NCBI GenBank assembly: GCA_963717525.1
Contig: OY970343.1
Coordinates: forward strand, 2,176,001-2,240,000
DNA length: 64,000 bases
Direction of reading: 5' to 3'
Source: an uncultured Methanoregulaceae archaeon
Lineage (GTDB): Archaea > Halobacteriota > Methanomicrobia > Methanomicrobiales > Methanospirillaceae
The notes beneath the pieces are model-generated. The model worked only from the letters and a program-made list of their open reading frames with translations, made no database searches and was not told the origin of the DNA. How positions within the stretch are numbered: the stretch's first letter is position 1; each line of letters starts with the position of its first letter. This document shows, piece by piece, positions 20,815 through 30,573 of the stretch. Made by a program: the position numbers and the translations under genes.

Positions 20815-20946
20815 ACGGTTGTGTAAGTCCAGAAAAGTGCAGTATGCTTACTGACTCTCTGTAATCCCAAAGCCTAAGTTTTGAGGCCGTGCCAAAAACG
20901 GCACGTCGGACTTACATCTGTCAGCACCCTGTTAAAAAGTGCTGTC
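20815..20946 (-). ncRNA. structured 5' leader of rps15 (probable S15-Methanomicrobia-type r-leader)
   Basis: Several helices upstream of rps15: GUGCCG-UUUU-UGGCAC hairpin, UGUAAGUCC/GGGAUUACA, CUGAC/GUCAG. Confidence 0.65.
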
Positions 20947-21073
20947 CTACTATTGACTCCTGCAAATATTAAGGGTATCTGTAACCGGGCCGCATTTATG
21001 GCCGTGTGCCCGGGATAACCTGACCCCTCATGCCCTATCTTTTTACCGTACGAAACAGAAACGGGATGGTACG

Positions 21074-21811
21074 ATGGACGAAATAAACCGGGAGGTGCCC
21101 GATGAGGGGATCGTCATCCGGTTCCGGGACTGTTTCTCTGTGCGATATCTCCAGTCCGCCGCCCTCTTCTGCCGGCTGGGGTTCGGGCTGGAGCAGGAAT
21201 ACGCTCGCACCGGCACACTTTCAGCGGAACAGTGTCTCCGGCATGAAGCATTCGTCCTCAACGCACTTTTCTCTACAGTTGCGTTCCTTGAGTCCACCAT
21301 AAACGAGCTCTGGTCCGATGCGGCCGACAACGCGTACTTCTTCTCTGATGAGACAACCGAGGCCCTGCTCCGGGCAGTCGGGGAGAAATGGAAGAACGAG
21401 AACTATTTTGACCGGACGCCGCTCCCGGCAAAATACCAGAAGATCCTCGAAATAGGCGAAAAACCGCTGTTTGCCGAAGATGACCCGGGCTTTTCCGGCA
21501 TAAAGGATCTGATCGGGATCCGCAACTACCTGATGCATTACCGGCGGGAATGGGTTGAGATCCGGGCTGGCGGGGCTGCCGGTGCCCATAGCGAGACGCA
21601 CGCGGAGAAATTCGAACAGCTGTTAAAAGACCGGTTTGCCGAGAACCCACTTGCGGGAAAAAACCTGCCCTTCTTCCCGGACCGGTGCCTCGGCCACGGA
21701 TGTGCCGAATGGGCAGTCACCACCAGCCTCTCGTTCACCGACCGGTTCTTCCGGGATCTCGGCCTTCCTGCACCCTACGAAGGGATCCGGGATGACCTCG
21801 CGACCCGGTGA
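21074..21811 (+). CDS. hypothetical protein with HEPN-like RxxxxH motif
   Basis: 245-aa ORF, likely helical, with AFLESTINE and IRNYLMHY. Confidence 0.75.
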   Translation: MDEINREVPDEGIVIRFRDCFSVRYLQSAALFCRLGFGLEQEYARTGTLSAEQCLRHEAFVLNALFSTVAFLESTINELWSDAADNAYFFSDETTEALLRAVGEKWKNENYFDRTPLPAKYQKILEIGEKPLFAEDDPGFSGIKDLIGIRNYLMHYRREWVEIRAGGAAGAHSETHAEKFEQLLKDRFAENPLAGKNLPFFPDRCLGHGCAEWAVTTSLSFTDRFFRDLGLPAPYEGIRDDLATR

Positions 21812-21961
21812 CTGCGGAATACTGGAGTACTGTCTGAAAAATTCAATGGTGAGAGTCCTGCCTCAGACCAGCTGTCAACCTTCCATCACGTAACGAAAAA
21901 ACGATGTGAAGACCGATCAAAAACAGTAAAAAAGTTTTCTGGCTGCCGAAAGGGGAATAAC

Positions 21962-22375
21962 TTACCGCTTCTTTGCTCTCTTCTTCTTTGGCACGTCTTT
22001 TGCCATGGACATGAGATCGATGATGTAACTGCCTTCTTCGTCGCCAACGCTCACGATCCGCTCGTCGCTCTTTGCCATCTTGTCGATATTGAGCTCGTAG
22101 GAGCCCGGCCCCACGATCCGGATCGTCTCGACACGGTCGAACATCTCGACCTCTTTTTTCGCCTTGCCCTTGATCTTGGGTTCGACAACTTCGAGGACTT
22201 CTTCTTTTGATTCGCCTGCGATCTCCTCGATCGTCTTCTCCTCAAACACGTCCTTGTTGATCTCGGACTCCTTAACGTAGAGGAACTTCTTGCCGCCGCA
22301 GCTTGCGCATCCCTTGAGGATCTCGGTAGACCCGTCCTTGTATTCCCTGCCGCATTTGGTGCACTTGTGTGGCAT
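21962..22375 (-). CDS. oapC: Zn-ribbon protein OapC/ArvC (DUF2072)
   Basis: MPHKCTKCG..ILKGCASCGGKKFLY, ETIRIVGPGSYELNI. Confidence 0.9.
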   Translation of the reverse strand: MPHKCTKCGREYKDGSTEILKGCASCGGKKFLYVKESEINKDVFEEKTIEEIAGESKEEVLEVVEPKIKGKAKKEVEMFDRVETIRIVGPGSYELNIDKMAKSDERIVSVGDEEGSYIIDLMSMAKDVPKKKRAKKR

Positions 22376-22389
22376 GATTCCTCCGGCGC

Positions 22390-23043
22390 TCAGGAGAAGC
22401 TCTTGATCATCTTCTCGTACAGCTCTTCCGTATTTCTGCCCTCAAGCCCCGAGATCGCAACGACCGGGTGCTGGGGGAATGCGCTCCGGATCCGGGCCGG
22501 TGCAGCTTCGGGCAGATCGATCTTATTCGCGACGATGATCACCGGCAGCTTCCGGCTCTCGATGATCCCCACCATCATGATATTGACCTGCATAAACGGA
22601 TCGAGTGTCGCGTCCAGCATGTAGATCACGCCGTCGATATCCTCGCGGAGCCAATGCATCGCCTCGGCGACCCCCTCGGTTGCTTCCCGGGCCCGGATGA
22701 TCGCCTCGTCTTTTTCCATCCCGAATTCGAGGAACTCGTGGTAATCGATCTTTGTCGTTACCCCGGGGGTGTCGACGATATCTATCGTTACGGTATGTCC
22801 GTTTGCCCCCGTGATCACGATATCCTCACGCTTCCGTGCCCTCCGGGTCTCGTGCGGGATCTCGCTCACCGGCCCGACCGCGTCGCCTGTCCAGTCCCGG
22901 GCGATCCGGTTTGCCAAGGTCGTTTTACCGGCGTTTGGCGGCCCGTAGATCCCGATCCGCGTCCGCTTCTTCTTGAAAAACCGCCTGAGAAATATGGATA
23001 ATCGCTTCTTTGCGCTCCCCAATGTCCTGGAAAATGTCGTCAT
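22390..23043 (-). CDS. oapA: small Era-like GTPase OapA/ArvA
   Basis: GPPNAGKT, PHETR, DTPG, NKID; REATEGVAEAMHWL. Confidence 0.9.
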   Translation of the reverse strand: MTTFSRTLGSAKKRLSIFLRRFFKKKRTRIGIYGPPNAGKTTLANRIARDWTGDAVGPVSEIPHETRRARKREDIVITGANGHTVTIDIVDTPGVTTKIDYHEFLEFGMEKDEAIIRAREATEGVAEAMHWLREDIDGVIYMLDATLDPFMQVNIMMVGIIESRKLPVIIVANKIDLPEAAPARIRSAFPQHPVVAISGLEGRNTEELYEKMIKSFS

Positions 23044-23295
23044 AGGGCCCTCTTTTTGTCTGTACGGCAGGCCGGTATCCCGGTCTGTCGTCAACCGCTT
23101 GTAGTAATGTTTGGCAAGGATTCTTTATTATGTTTCTTGTAATGCCCGTCTGGTGTCTCCTGATTTTTCCCTCCGGAACTGCATTTACTATTACCCGGCC
23201 GCATGAGCGGATGCCACTGCCACATGCTATTTATAGAAGGGGCGGAAAGGATGCTAATTGTAATCATCAGCCAGGCACTTTTTAGGAGGTGACTC

Positions 23296-23862
23296 ATGAA
23301 AAAGACAACCAACACGATCCGGTTTGAGACCCGCGTCCCGTTGAGCGAGGTGATGAAACGCAACCCGATCATGATCAGCATCGAGGCCAATGTTGCAAAA
23401 GCGGCAAAGGCCATGTGCAGTGAAGAGGTCGGGAGCGTTATTATTCTCCGAAGGAACGAGCCTATCGGCATTGTTACCGAGGAGGACATCAACTGCAAGG
23501 TGGTGGCAAAGGATCTCAAGCCAAGTACAATCCAGGTGAGTGCAATCATGAGTACGCCACTCATTACGGTGAGTGCGGACAAGACGGTAGTCGACGCAGC
23601 CCAGATGATGGTCAAGCACAAGGTCAGAAGACTCCCCGTGGTCGACAAGAGCGGCAAGGTCATCGGTATTGTGACCGTACGGGATCTCCTGACCGTCTCA
23701 AACGAACAGAACGCGCTCCTGACCGATCTCATTGAGATCAACCGCGAGGACCATATCGAGGTAGGCATGTGCAACCGCTGCAGTAAGATGTCTGATGATC
23801 TTAAGCGTGTGGACGGCGTCCTTCTCTGCCCCCGCTGCAGGGAGGAGGACACCCTTACATGA
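23296..23862 (+). CDS. CBS-pair protein with C-terminal Zn ribbon
   Basis: Two CBS repeats; CNRC...CPRC; SD AGGAGG. Confidence 0.9.
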   Translation: MKKTTNTIRFETRVPLSEVMKRNPIMISIEANVAKAAKAMCSEEVGSVIILRRNEPIGIVTEEDINCKVVAKDLKPSTIQVSAIMSTPLITVSADKTVVDAAQMMVKHKVRRLPVVDKSGKVIGIVTVRDLLTVSNEQNALLTDLIEINREDHIEVGMCNRCSKMSDDLKRVDGVLLCPRCREEDTLT

Positions 23863-24608
23863 AAACGGCACGGGATTTCATGCTTGAGATTCCTGTGCTC
23901 ACGTTTCATGACGGGATAACCAAGGCACGGCAGATCTTAAGAGACGACCGGTTCCGCGAAGCCTACGTCACCGGCGTAAAAAAAGACCTGCTCGGGTATA
24001 TCGATATCACCGATGCCCTGAGGGTGACCGCTACGAAATCGAACGTGACCGTTGAAGGATTTGTCAAGGAGGCCGCTTGCGTTGGCCCTGAGGCATCCAT
24101 TGAGAGCACTGCAAAGTTCATGCGGGAATTTGCCACGGACAGCGCTGCGATCATCGATCCCTGCCGCCATATCCTTGGCGGGGTGCTCCTCTCCGACCTG
24201 TTCCCGGTCATCATCTCGCGGAGCGAGCTTTCGGGGCGGGTGAGCTCCCGCATGTCAAAGAAGATCACCACCGCTGACCCCGCCGACTCGCTCCAGCAGG
24301 TCTACGCGAAGATTGTAGAGAGCGGGTACACGGCATTCCCGGTTATAAAAAAGCGGCGGCTGGTGGGCCTTATCTCCCGCAGGGACCTGATCCGGTCGGG
24401 GGGCGTGCGGTCGGCGATTGCCCAGAACAGCACAAAAAAGGTCGGGGATCTGATGACGACTGAGGTGGTGACGGTCCCGGGCAGTGCACTGCTGTCCGAG
24501 GCGGCCCGCCTTATGGTAGATAACGATGTAAGCCGGCTTCCCGTTGTCGACGGGGATGCCATGGTTGGGATCATCGATCGCCATGACGTCCTTACCGGGC
24601 TTATATAA
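23859..24608 (+). CDS. CBS domain protein (two pairs)
   Basis: AFPVI..GLISRRDL, RLPVV..GIIDRHDV. Confidence 0.9.
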   Translation: MKTARDFMLEIPVLTFHDGITKARQILRDDRFREAYVTGVKKDLLGYIDITDALRVTATKSNVTVEGFVKEAACVGPEASIESTAKFMREFATDSAAIIDPCRHILGGVLLSDLFPVIISRSELSGRVSSRMSKKITTADPADSLQQVYAKIVESGYTAFPVIKKRRLVGLISRRDLIRSGGVRSAIAQNSTKKVGDLMTTEVVTVPGSALLSEAARLMVDNDVSRLPVVDGDAMVGIIDRHDVLTGLI

Positions 24609-24722
24609 CACGGGCCGGCGAAGAACAGGATATGATAGGCCGGCCGGGATGTAAAGCACCCCGTCCTCATGGAGAAATGACGGGTGCAGCACAGGCCAGC
24701 AGGCAGCAACAGGAGGTTATTC

Positions 24723-25664
24723 ATGCACCGGAACGGGCAGGGCGCCAGACAGGGTGACCGGCTCCTGAAAATGCGGGGAAAACTAGACCGTGGCCCGGTC
24801 GAGTTCAAATCCCATATCGTACAGCAGGAAGGCGAGGTGATGGCGATCGCGACACGGGATGTCATATCCGTGCCGCCGACGCAGAGCATCATCAGTGCAG
24901 TGGCGACAATGACGGAATGCGGGTTCCGCCGGCTACCGGTCACCGATGCCGGGACAAAGAAGCTCCGGGGGATTGTCACGTCGGGCGACGTGATCAATTT
25001 CATGGGCGGGGGCGACAAGTACCGGCTGGTCAGGGTCCGGCATAACGGCAACCTGTGTGCGGCGGTCAACGAGAGCGTCCGCACCATTATGACCGCACAG
25101 CCCCAGACCCTCCCGCACGATGCCCATATCATCGATGCGCTCCGGATCATCGTCGGCAAAAAGATCGGGGGGCTCCCGGTTATTGCAAACGATGGTACCC
25201 TTGCCGGTATCGTGACCGAGCGGGACGTGCTACGGATGCTTGCCACAGAGCACAGTCCGCTCTTTGTTGAGGATGCGATGAGCACCTCCCTTCGGGTGAC
25301 TGCCCCGGACAGCCCGATAGCTGCAGTCACCAAAGACATGACCCGGTTCCGGTTCCGCCGGCTTCCCGTCGTCAGCGACGACGTGCTCTTTGGCATCATC
25401 ACCGCGACCGATATCATGCGGTACCTGGGGAGCAGAGAGGTCTTCTCCCGTCTTGTGACCGGTGACATCGCAGAGGTCATGAACCTCCCGGTGCGCACGC
25501 TCATGGCCGGCAGCCTTTTCACCACTACCCCCCGGACGCCCGTCAACGAGGCAGCCCGGGAGATGCTTCACAAAAACATCGGGGCGCTGCCGGTCATCGA
25601 AAACTCGCGCCTTGTCGGGCTTGTGACGGAATTCGACCTCGTGCGGGCGTTCTCCGAGGAGTAA
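24723..25664 (+). CDS. CBS domain protein (two pairs)
   Basis: FRRLPV..GIVTSGD, GGLPV..GIVTERD etc.; start after AGGAGG. Confidence 0.9.
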   Translation: MHRNGQGARQGDRLLKMRGKLDRGPVEFKSHIVQQEGEVMAIATRDVISVPPTQSIISAVATMTECGFRRLPVTDAGTKKLRGIVTSGDVINFMGGGDKYRLVRVRHNGNLCAAVNESVRTIMTAQPQTLPHDAHIIDALRIIVGKKIGGLPVIANDGTLAGIVTERDVLRMLATEHSPLFVEDAMSTSLRVTAPDSPIAAVTKDMTRFRFRRLPVVSDDVLFGIITATDIMRYLGSREVFSRLVTGDIAEVMNLPVRTLMAGSLFTTTPRTPVNEAAREMLHKNIGALPVIENSRLVGLVTEFDLVRAFSEE

Positions 25665-25669
25665 ATCCC

Positions 25670-26522
25670 ATGCCAGTCAGCTCCCTCGTCGCAGGTGATA
25701 TCATGAGCAGCCCGGTCTTTGCCGTCTCCCCCCAAGACACCCTGGCTCACGCCCGGAACCTGATGGTGCGCCATAAGATCTCCCGGGTCCTAGTCATGGA
25801 TGCGGGAACTCTTACCGGGATACTCACGAAAAAAGACATCGGGTACCGGCAGCAGCGGGGGGCAGCATGGCGAAGGCGCCCGGCCGACCAGATCACGGTG
25901 GCCGAATATGCGACGCCGCACCCGGTCTGCGTCGCGCCCGGGACGCTTGCAAAGGCTGTCGCCGGTATTTTCATGGAAAAAAACATCGGGGGTGTCCCGG
26001 TGGTGGACCACGGCACAGTCACGGGTATCGTTACAAAAAGTGATCTGATGAAGTCCGCCCTGAGTCACCGGCCTGGAAGGCACGGTGCAGGACGTGATGG
26101 AGGATGCAGAGACGGTCAACCGCTGGCACTCGCTTGCCCATGTAGTAGCGCTCATGAAGGAGCGGGACAAAAAACTGGTGGTGACCAACAACGATGGATC
26201 GGTCGCCGGCATCATCACGGAGACGAACCTTGCTTTCCATGATGAGGACCGGAGACGATCCGGGGGGATCCTTTATGAAGAACCCGGAAAAAGACATGAA
26301 CATACCGGCGCCGGGAGCGCACCGGACGCTCCCGGGAACATCCCGGTAACCGCGGGCGACATGATGACGAGCCCGGCAATAACGATCGCGCCGGTGAGCA
26401 CACTCCAACTTGCGATCGGACTGATGCACAGCGAACAGGTCAACAACCTTGTTGTCGTCGAACACAACACCCTTGTGGGGATTTTAAAACGTGATGATAT
26501 CATAAAGGAAGTGGCGAAATGA
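25670..26522 (+). CDS. CBS domain protein, frameshift at ~26063
   Basis: Two ORFs each with CBS repeats; removing one base gives KSALVTGLEGTVQDVM. Confidence 0.85.
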
Positions 26523-27295
26523 CAAAAGAACTGTTTATTAAAGATATCATGGCAAAACCAACGACCATATCCAAATCCGCAAAGATAACCGAGGCGCTCG
26601 ACAAGATGCTTGACGAGGGAATAGACCCCCTCATCGCGCTCCATAATTCGTCTGTTGTCGGCACGGTATCCCGTGAGGCCATCGCGGAGAAGCTGGGCAG
26701 CAGGCAGAACACTACGCTTGCGCCGGCTGCCATCCACGTGGCAAGTGTGGTCAAGGAGGATTTCACGAGTGTCTATCCTGACGAGACCGTGAATGTACTC
26801 ATCCCCCTGCTCCAGCAGTATAAACTGGTGGTTGTGTACGACAGCGACCACAACCTGATCGGGCAGGTGACTGCCATTGACCTGTTGAAGAAGTACCCGT
26901 ACGAAGGCACCATCACCGAAGCGATCGACCGTGCGGTCACGATCGATGCCGAGGAGCGTGTCGTCCACCTCCGGCGACGGATGCTGGACGATGCGATCTC
27001 CCGGTTTGTCGTGACCGCAAACGACAAGATGACCGGTATCGTGACCGAGACCGACGTGGCGGTGGCGATGCGGAAGTTCCGGGAGACGGTAAAAGATCAT
27101 CACCAGGATCACCAGATCCGCAACCTGCTGGTTCGGGACATCATGAGCGCCCCGCTGATCTCGGTTGAGGCCGGGGCGGGCTACCGGCAGATTGTCGACC
27201 TGATGGTGGCAAAGAATATCAGCACGGTGCCGATCACCGAGAAGGGAAAACTCACCGGCCTCGTGACCCGGCGGTCACTGGTCCGTGCCCTCTGA
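26519..27295 (+). CDS. CBS domain protein (two pairs)
   Basis: IKDIM, GIVTETDV, VRDIM, GLVTRRSL. Confidence 0.9.
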   Translation: MTKELFIKDIMAKPTTISKSAKITEALDKMLDEGIDPLIALHNSSVVGTVSREAIAEKLGSRQNTTLAPAAIHVASVVKEDFTSVYPDETVNVLIPLLQQYKLVVVYDSDHNLIGQVTAIDLLKKYPYEGTITEAIDRAVTIDAEERVVHLRRRMLDDAISRFVVTANDKMTGIVTETDVAVAMRKFRETVKDHHQDHQIRNLLVRDIMSAPLISVEAGAGYRQIVDLMVAKNISTVPITEKGKLTGLVTRRSLVRAL

Positions 27296-27355
27296 CGGTC
27301 CGGCCTGACCCCCTCCTTTTCCCTCTTTTCAGTGAAGGGACCTGTCAGAAGATCC

Positions 27356-28128
27356 TTACATGAATAACCGGATCAGGTAGTACAGCCCGACCACCGTTCC
27401 GATGGCGACAATGGTCCACCGGAGCGGCCCGGGTCGATCCTGCCGGCCACATGCCCGCCGATCGCCCCCCCGATGAGCGCCCCTGCCGCCATAATGATCG
27501 CAAGAGGCCAGATAACGAGCCCGGAGAAGAGAAAGAAGACCGCGGCGGCGACATTGGTGGCAAGCGATATGCACTGCTTGAGCGCATTGAGCCGGGTGAG
27601 GGTGTCATCGAGGAAGAGCCCGAGCACGGCAAGGTTGATCACGGAGAGTCCCGGCCCGAAATATCCGCCGTAGACTGCGGCGAGGCCGACCGGAAGGGCC
27701 GCGTTCCGGCACCCCCTTCCCTCGGTACCGTCGTGCCCGGTATGCCGGCGGATCCAGTCCCGGACCCGGTCCTGGACTGCAAGCAGAGCGGCGGCAAGGA
27801 GGATCAGGAACGGGACGAGGATGTGGAAGACCTGTGCGCTGATATACAGGAGAAGAATGCCCCCGACGAGGCCACCGATGATCCCGGCCGGGATGAGCAT
27901 CAGCAGCCGCTTTCTTTGTCCTGCGAGATCTTTTTTCTGGGCCAGCGCACCGCCGAGATACCCCGGGCAGAGAGCGACCGTGTTGGTGATGTTTGCCACG
28001 ACCTCGGGAACACCGAGCGCCACGAGCGCCGGAAACGAGATCAGGGTGCCCCCGCCGGCAAGGGCGTTTACCATGCCTGCGGCAGCAGCTGCCAGTCCTG
28101 CAAGTGCAAGTTCGGTTCCGGACAACAT
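27356..28128 (-). CDS. sulfite exporter TauE/SafE family protein, frameshift near 27430
   Basis: [31 protein letters not shown]-terminal helix LRWTIVAIG.. in another frame. Confidence 0.88.
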
Positions 28129-28169
28129 GCGTTTTTCCCGTATGATTGTACCTGTGAGGGCCGGTGGTA

Positions 28170-28736
28170 TTATCCCAGCGTCCCGATGAGTGCCTGTGCG
28201 TCCATGACACGGACGCCGATGTTTGCCATATCGCGGACGTTTGCCCGGTGGATCTCATCCGATTGTGCGCCGGTCGCATCATCCACGAGAATGACCGGGT
28301 AGTTGTACGCGATGGCATCAAAGACCGTGGTGCGGATGCAGTTGGGGGTCTGGACGCCGGTTATTACGAGCACGGTGATGCCGAGCGTGCGGAGCATGAG
28401 GTCAAGCTCGGTGCCAATAAATGCGCTCATCCGGGCCTTTTCGATAACGTACTCGCCCGGCAGCGGCCTGATTTCGTCGATCTCCTGAGCTCCTGCCGAA
28501 CCGGCAACGGCAAACGGGTGCCGGTTAAAAAGATCTTTTCGGGTAATCTCGACATCTGACCCATCGCTGCGGTGGACCCGCAGGACATGAAAGACCGGGT
28601 AGTTCTTCATCCTGAAGAACGCGAGCACGTCCCGGATCTTCGGGATGACGTTTTCTGCCTGGGCAACCCGGAGCATCGCCCCCTCACGGACAAAATCGTT
28701 CTGCATATCGATGATCAGCAGTGCGGGATGTTCCAT
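28170..28736 (-). CDS. isochorismatase-family cysteine hydrolase
   Basis: [21 protein letters not shown] catalytic triad. Confidence 0.92.
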   Translation of the reverse strand: MEHPALLIIDMQNDFVREGAMLRVAQAENVIPKIRDVLAFFRMKNYPVFHVLRVHRSDGSDVEITRKDLFNRHPFAVAGSAGAQEIDEIRPLPGEYVIEKARMSAFIGTELDLMLRTLGITVLVITGVQTPNCIRTTVFDAIAYNYPVILVDDATGAQSDEIHRANVRDMANIGVRVMDAQALIGTLG

Positions 28737-28820
28737 GTATGATCATCTAAGACAATGGTGAGCAGGTAATAATGCTTGTGCGCTGGCCGGGGATCTGGCG
28801 AAGGGGCGGGAGACCACACA

Positions 28821-29070
28821 AAGTACACCGCCCGACCCCCTCCACTGCATAAATCCTGTTCCCGTTACCGGTTGAAGTAATTTATCGTCAGAAAAAATGC
28901 CGTTTTTCATGCCAGGGGCAGCAGGAATTCATGGAGGGTTGGAGGGGGTCGGACCACTTTTTTTGTCCGGGCGCCGGCATCAGGGACCGGAAAAAATGCG
29001 AAATAGCGACGTAAATAGTGGGATAGGGCATGGGACAGCTATCGCAGAAGTACACCATCCGACCCCCTCC
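28821..29070. repeat. Locus B: three 23-bp GGAGGGGGTCGG-core motifs (-,+,-)
   Basis: 28821-28843, 28941-28963 and 29048-29070 are exact reverse complements of 885-907, 1017-1039 and 1114-1136. Confidence 0.95.
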
Positions 29071-29429
29071 ATAAGGGGATGAGACCTGATAACGTGTATC
29101 TTATCTTGTGAAGCCGGTGGTCTATACATTAAGTACTTTGATAATCTTATCTAGAAGTCTGCAGGCCGCCTTATTCTCTTCTATCATTCCCCATATCCTG
29201 TAAGCCCCCTACGCACTTTCCCAATTATTCTATTCTCAGGAAACAAACTCATATTCACGGTCACATATTCAGAAAGGGTACGAAGCTCGGCCTCTATTGG
29301 GACAGTCCGGTTCCGGTGGCTGGTTCTTCCCACAACACTTATTACCCCACCCCTACCATAGTATAAAGCACCATTCATGGAGCAGCGGATTATCCGTTGC
29401 GAGTGTCTGAGAAGATGCGAGATTCCTCT

Positions 29430-29514
29430 GTTGAGGTAGCCAAGCCTGGTATGGCGCAGGTTTGCTAAACCTGTGTCCCCTTGGGACTCGAGGGTTCAAA
29501 TCCCTCCCTCAGCG
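29430..29514 (+). tRNA. tRNA-Ser (GCT)
   Basis: Acceptor GTTGAGG/CCTCAGC, anticodon arm CAGGT-TTGCTAA-ACCTG, long variable arm, GGTTCAAATCC T-arm, discriminator G. Confidence 0.97.
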
Positions 29515-29549
29515 CTTCAAAGAGACAATCTCAAAATCGAGGGGATTGG

Positions 29550-30011
29550 ATGGCACAGGAAGAAGAAATAAGATACTTTGTACGGATTGGCACGACCGAT
29601 CTGGACGGCACGAAGTCGGTGCGGGTAGCACTGACCGGCATCAAGGGTGTCGGCAGGCATTCCTCCACGGTCATCTCACGGATGGCCAAGGTTGACGAGT
29701 ACGCGAAGCTCGGCCTCATGGACGAGGAGTCAGTCAACCGGATCCGCGCCGCGGTTGAGAAATACTCCGGTAACATCCCGCAGTGGATGGCAAACCGGCC
29801 AAAAGACCTCTACACCGGCGAGACCAAGCACCTTATTGGTGGCGACGTTGCGCTTGCCCGCGACGAAGACATCAACATGATGCGGAAGATCCGCTGCTAC
29901 AAGGGCATCCGGCACGAGACCGGCCAGAAAGTCCGCGGGCAGCGCACCAAGTCGACCGGCAGGACCGGCATGACTGTCGGTGTCAAGAAGACCAAGGAAG
30001 GAGGCCAGTAA
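29550..30011 (+). CDS. rps13: 30S ribosomal protein S13
   Basis: [26 protein letters not shown]. Confidence 0.98.
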   Translation: MAQEEEIRYFVRIGTTDLDGTKSVRVALTGIKGVGRHSSTVISRMAKVDEYAKLGLMDEESVNRIRAAVEKYSGNIPQWMANRPKDLYTGETKHLIGGDVALARDEDINMMRKIRCYKGIRHETGQKVRGQRTKSTGRTGMTVGVKKTKEGGQ

Positions 30012-30014
30012 GCC

Positions 30015-30572
30015 ATGGGATACCCAGGCAAGAACCACAAGTCTTACCAGACGCCCAAGCGCCCGTGGGAGAAGACCCGGATCGAGGAAGAGACCCGGCT
30101 TGTCATCGAGTACGGCCTGCGCAACAAGCGCGAGGTCTGGAAGGCACAGAGCCACTTACGGAAGTACCGTAAGGCCGCCCGTGAACTGCTCGCCCTTATG
30201 TCCAACAGCGCTGATCCGGCGTTCTTCGATGCGAAAAAGACCGAACTTATCAGCCACATGCAGCGTATGGGCCTTCTCGGTCCCGACGCGGACATCGACA
30301 ACGTCCTCGCCCTCAAGACCCCGGCCCATCTCGAACGCCGGCTCCAGACCCTTGTCTACCGGAAGGGCCTCGCCCGCTCGCCGAAGCAGGCACGCCAGTT
30401 CGTCACGCACGGCCACATCGCGATTGCCGGCCGGCGTGTCACCATCCCGGGATACCTCGTGACCCGCGGGGAAGAGACCGGGATCTCCTATTACGGAACA
30501 TCCCCGTTCCAGGACGCTGCCCATGCAGAAAGGACCCGGATCACCAAGCCCCAGGGCGCAGGAGTGAATTAA
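30015..30572 (+). CDS. rps4: 30S ribosomal protein S4
   Basis: [27 protein letters not shown]. Confidence 0.98.
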   Translation: MGYPGKNHKSYQTPKRPWEKTRIEEETRLVIEYGLRNKREVWKAQSHLRKYRKAARELLALMSNSADPAFFDAKKTELISHMQRMGLLGPDADIDNVLALKTPAHLERRLQTLVYRKGLARSPKQARQFVTHGHIAIAGRRVTIPGYLVTRGEETGISYYGTSPFQDAAHAERTRITKPQGAGVN

Positions 30573-30573
30573 G

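Noticed and set aside
23164..23179. Possible ORB element upstream of oapA
   Set aside because: Single weak match, no inverted partner, no cdc6/orc1 in the window.
27307..27316. Partial core GACCCCCTCC after the CBS cluster (and GGAGGGGGT at 1388-1396)
   Set aside because: Only 9-10 bp with no L or S tail; may be chance. The former lies in a probable terminator.
29184..29378. 64-aa minus-strand ORF
   Set aside because: Overlaps the tRNA-Ser promoter region, no protein-like features.
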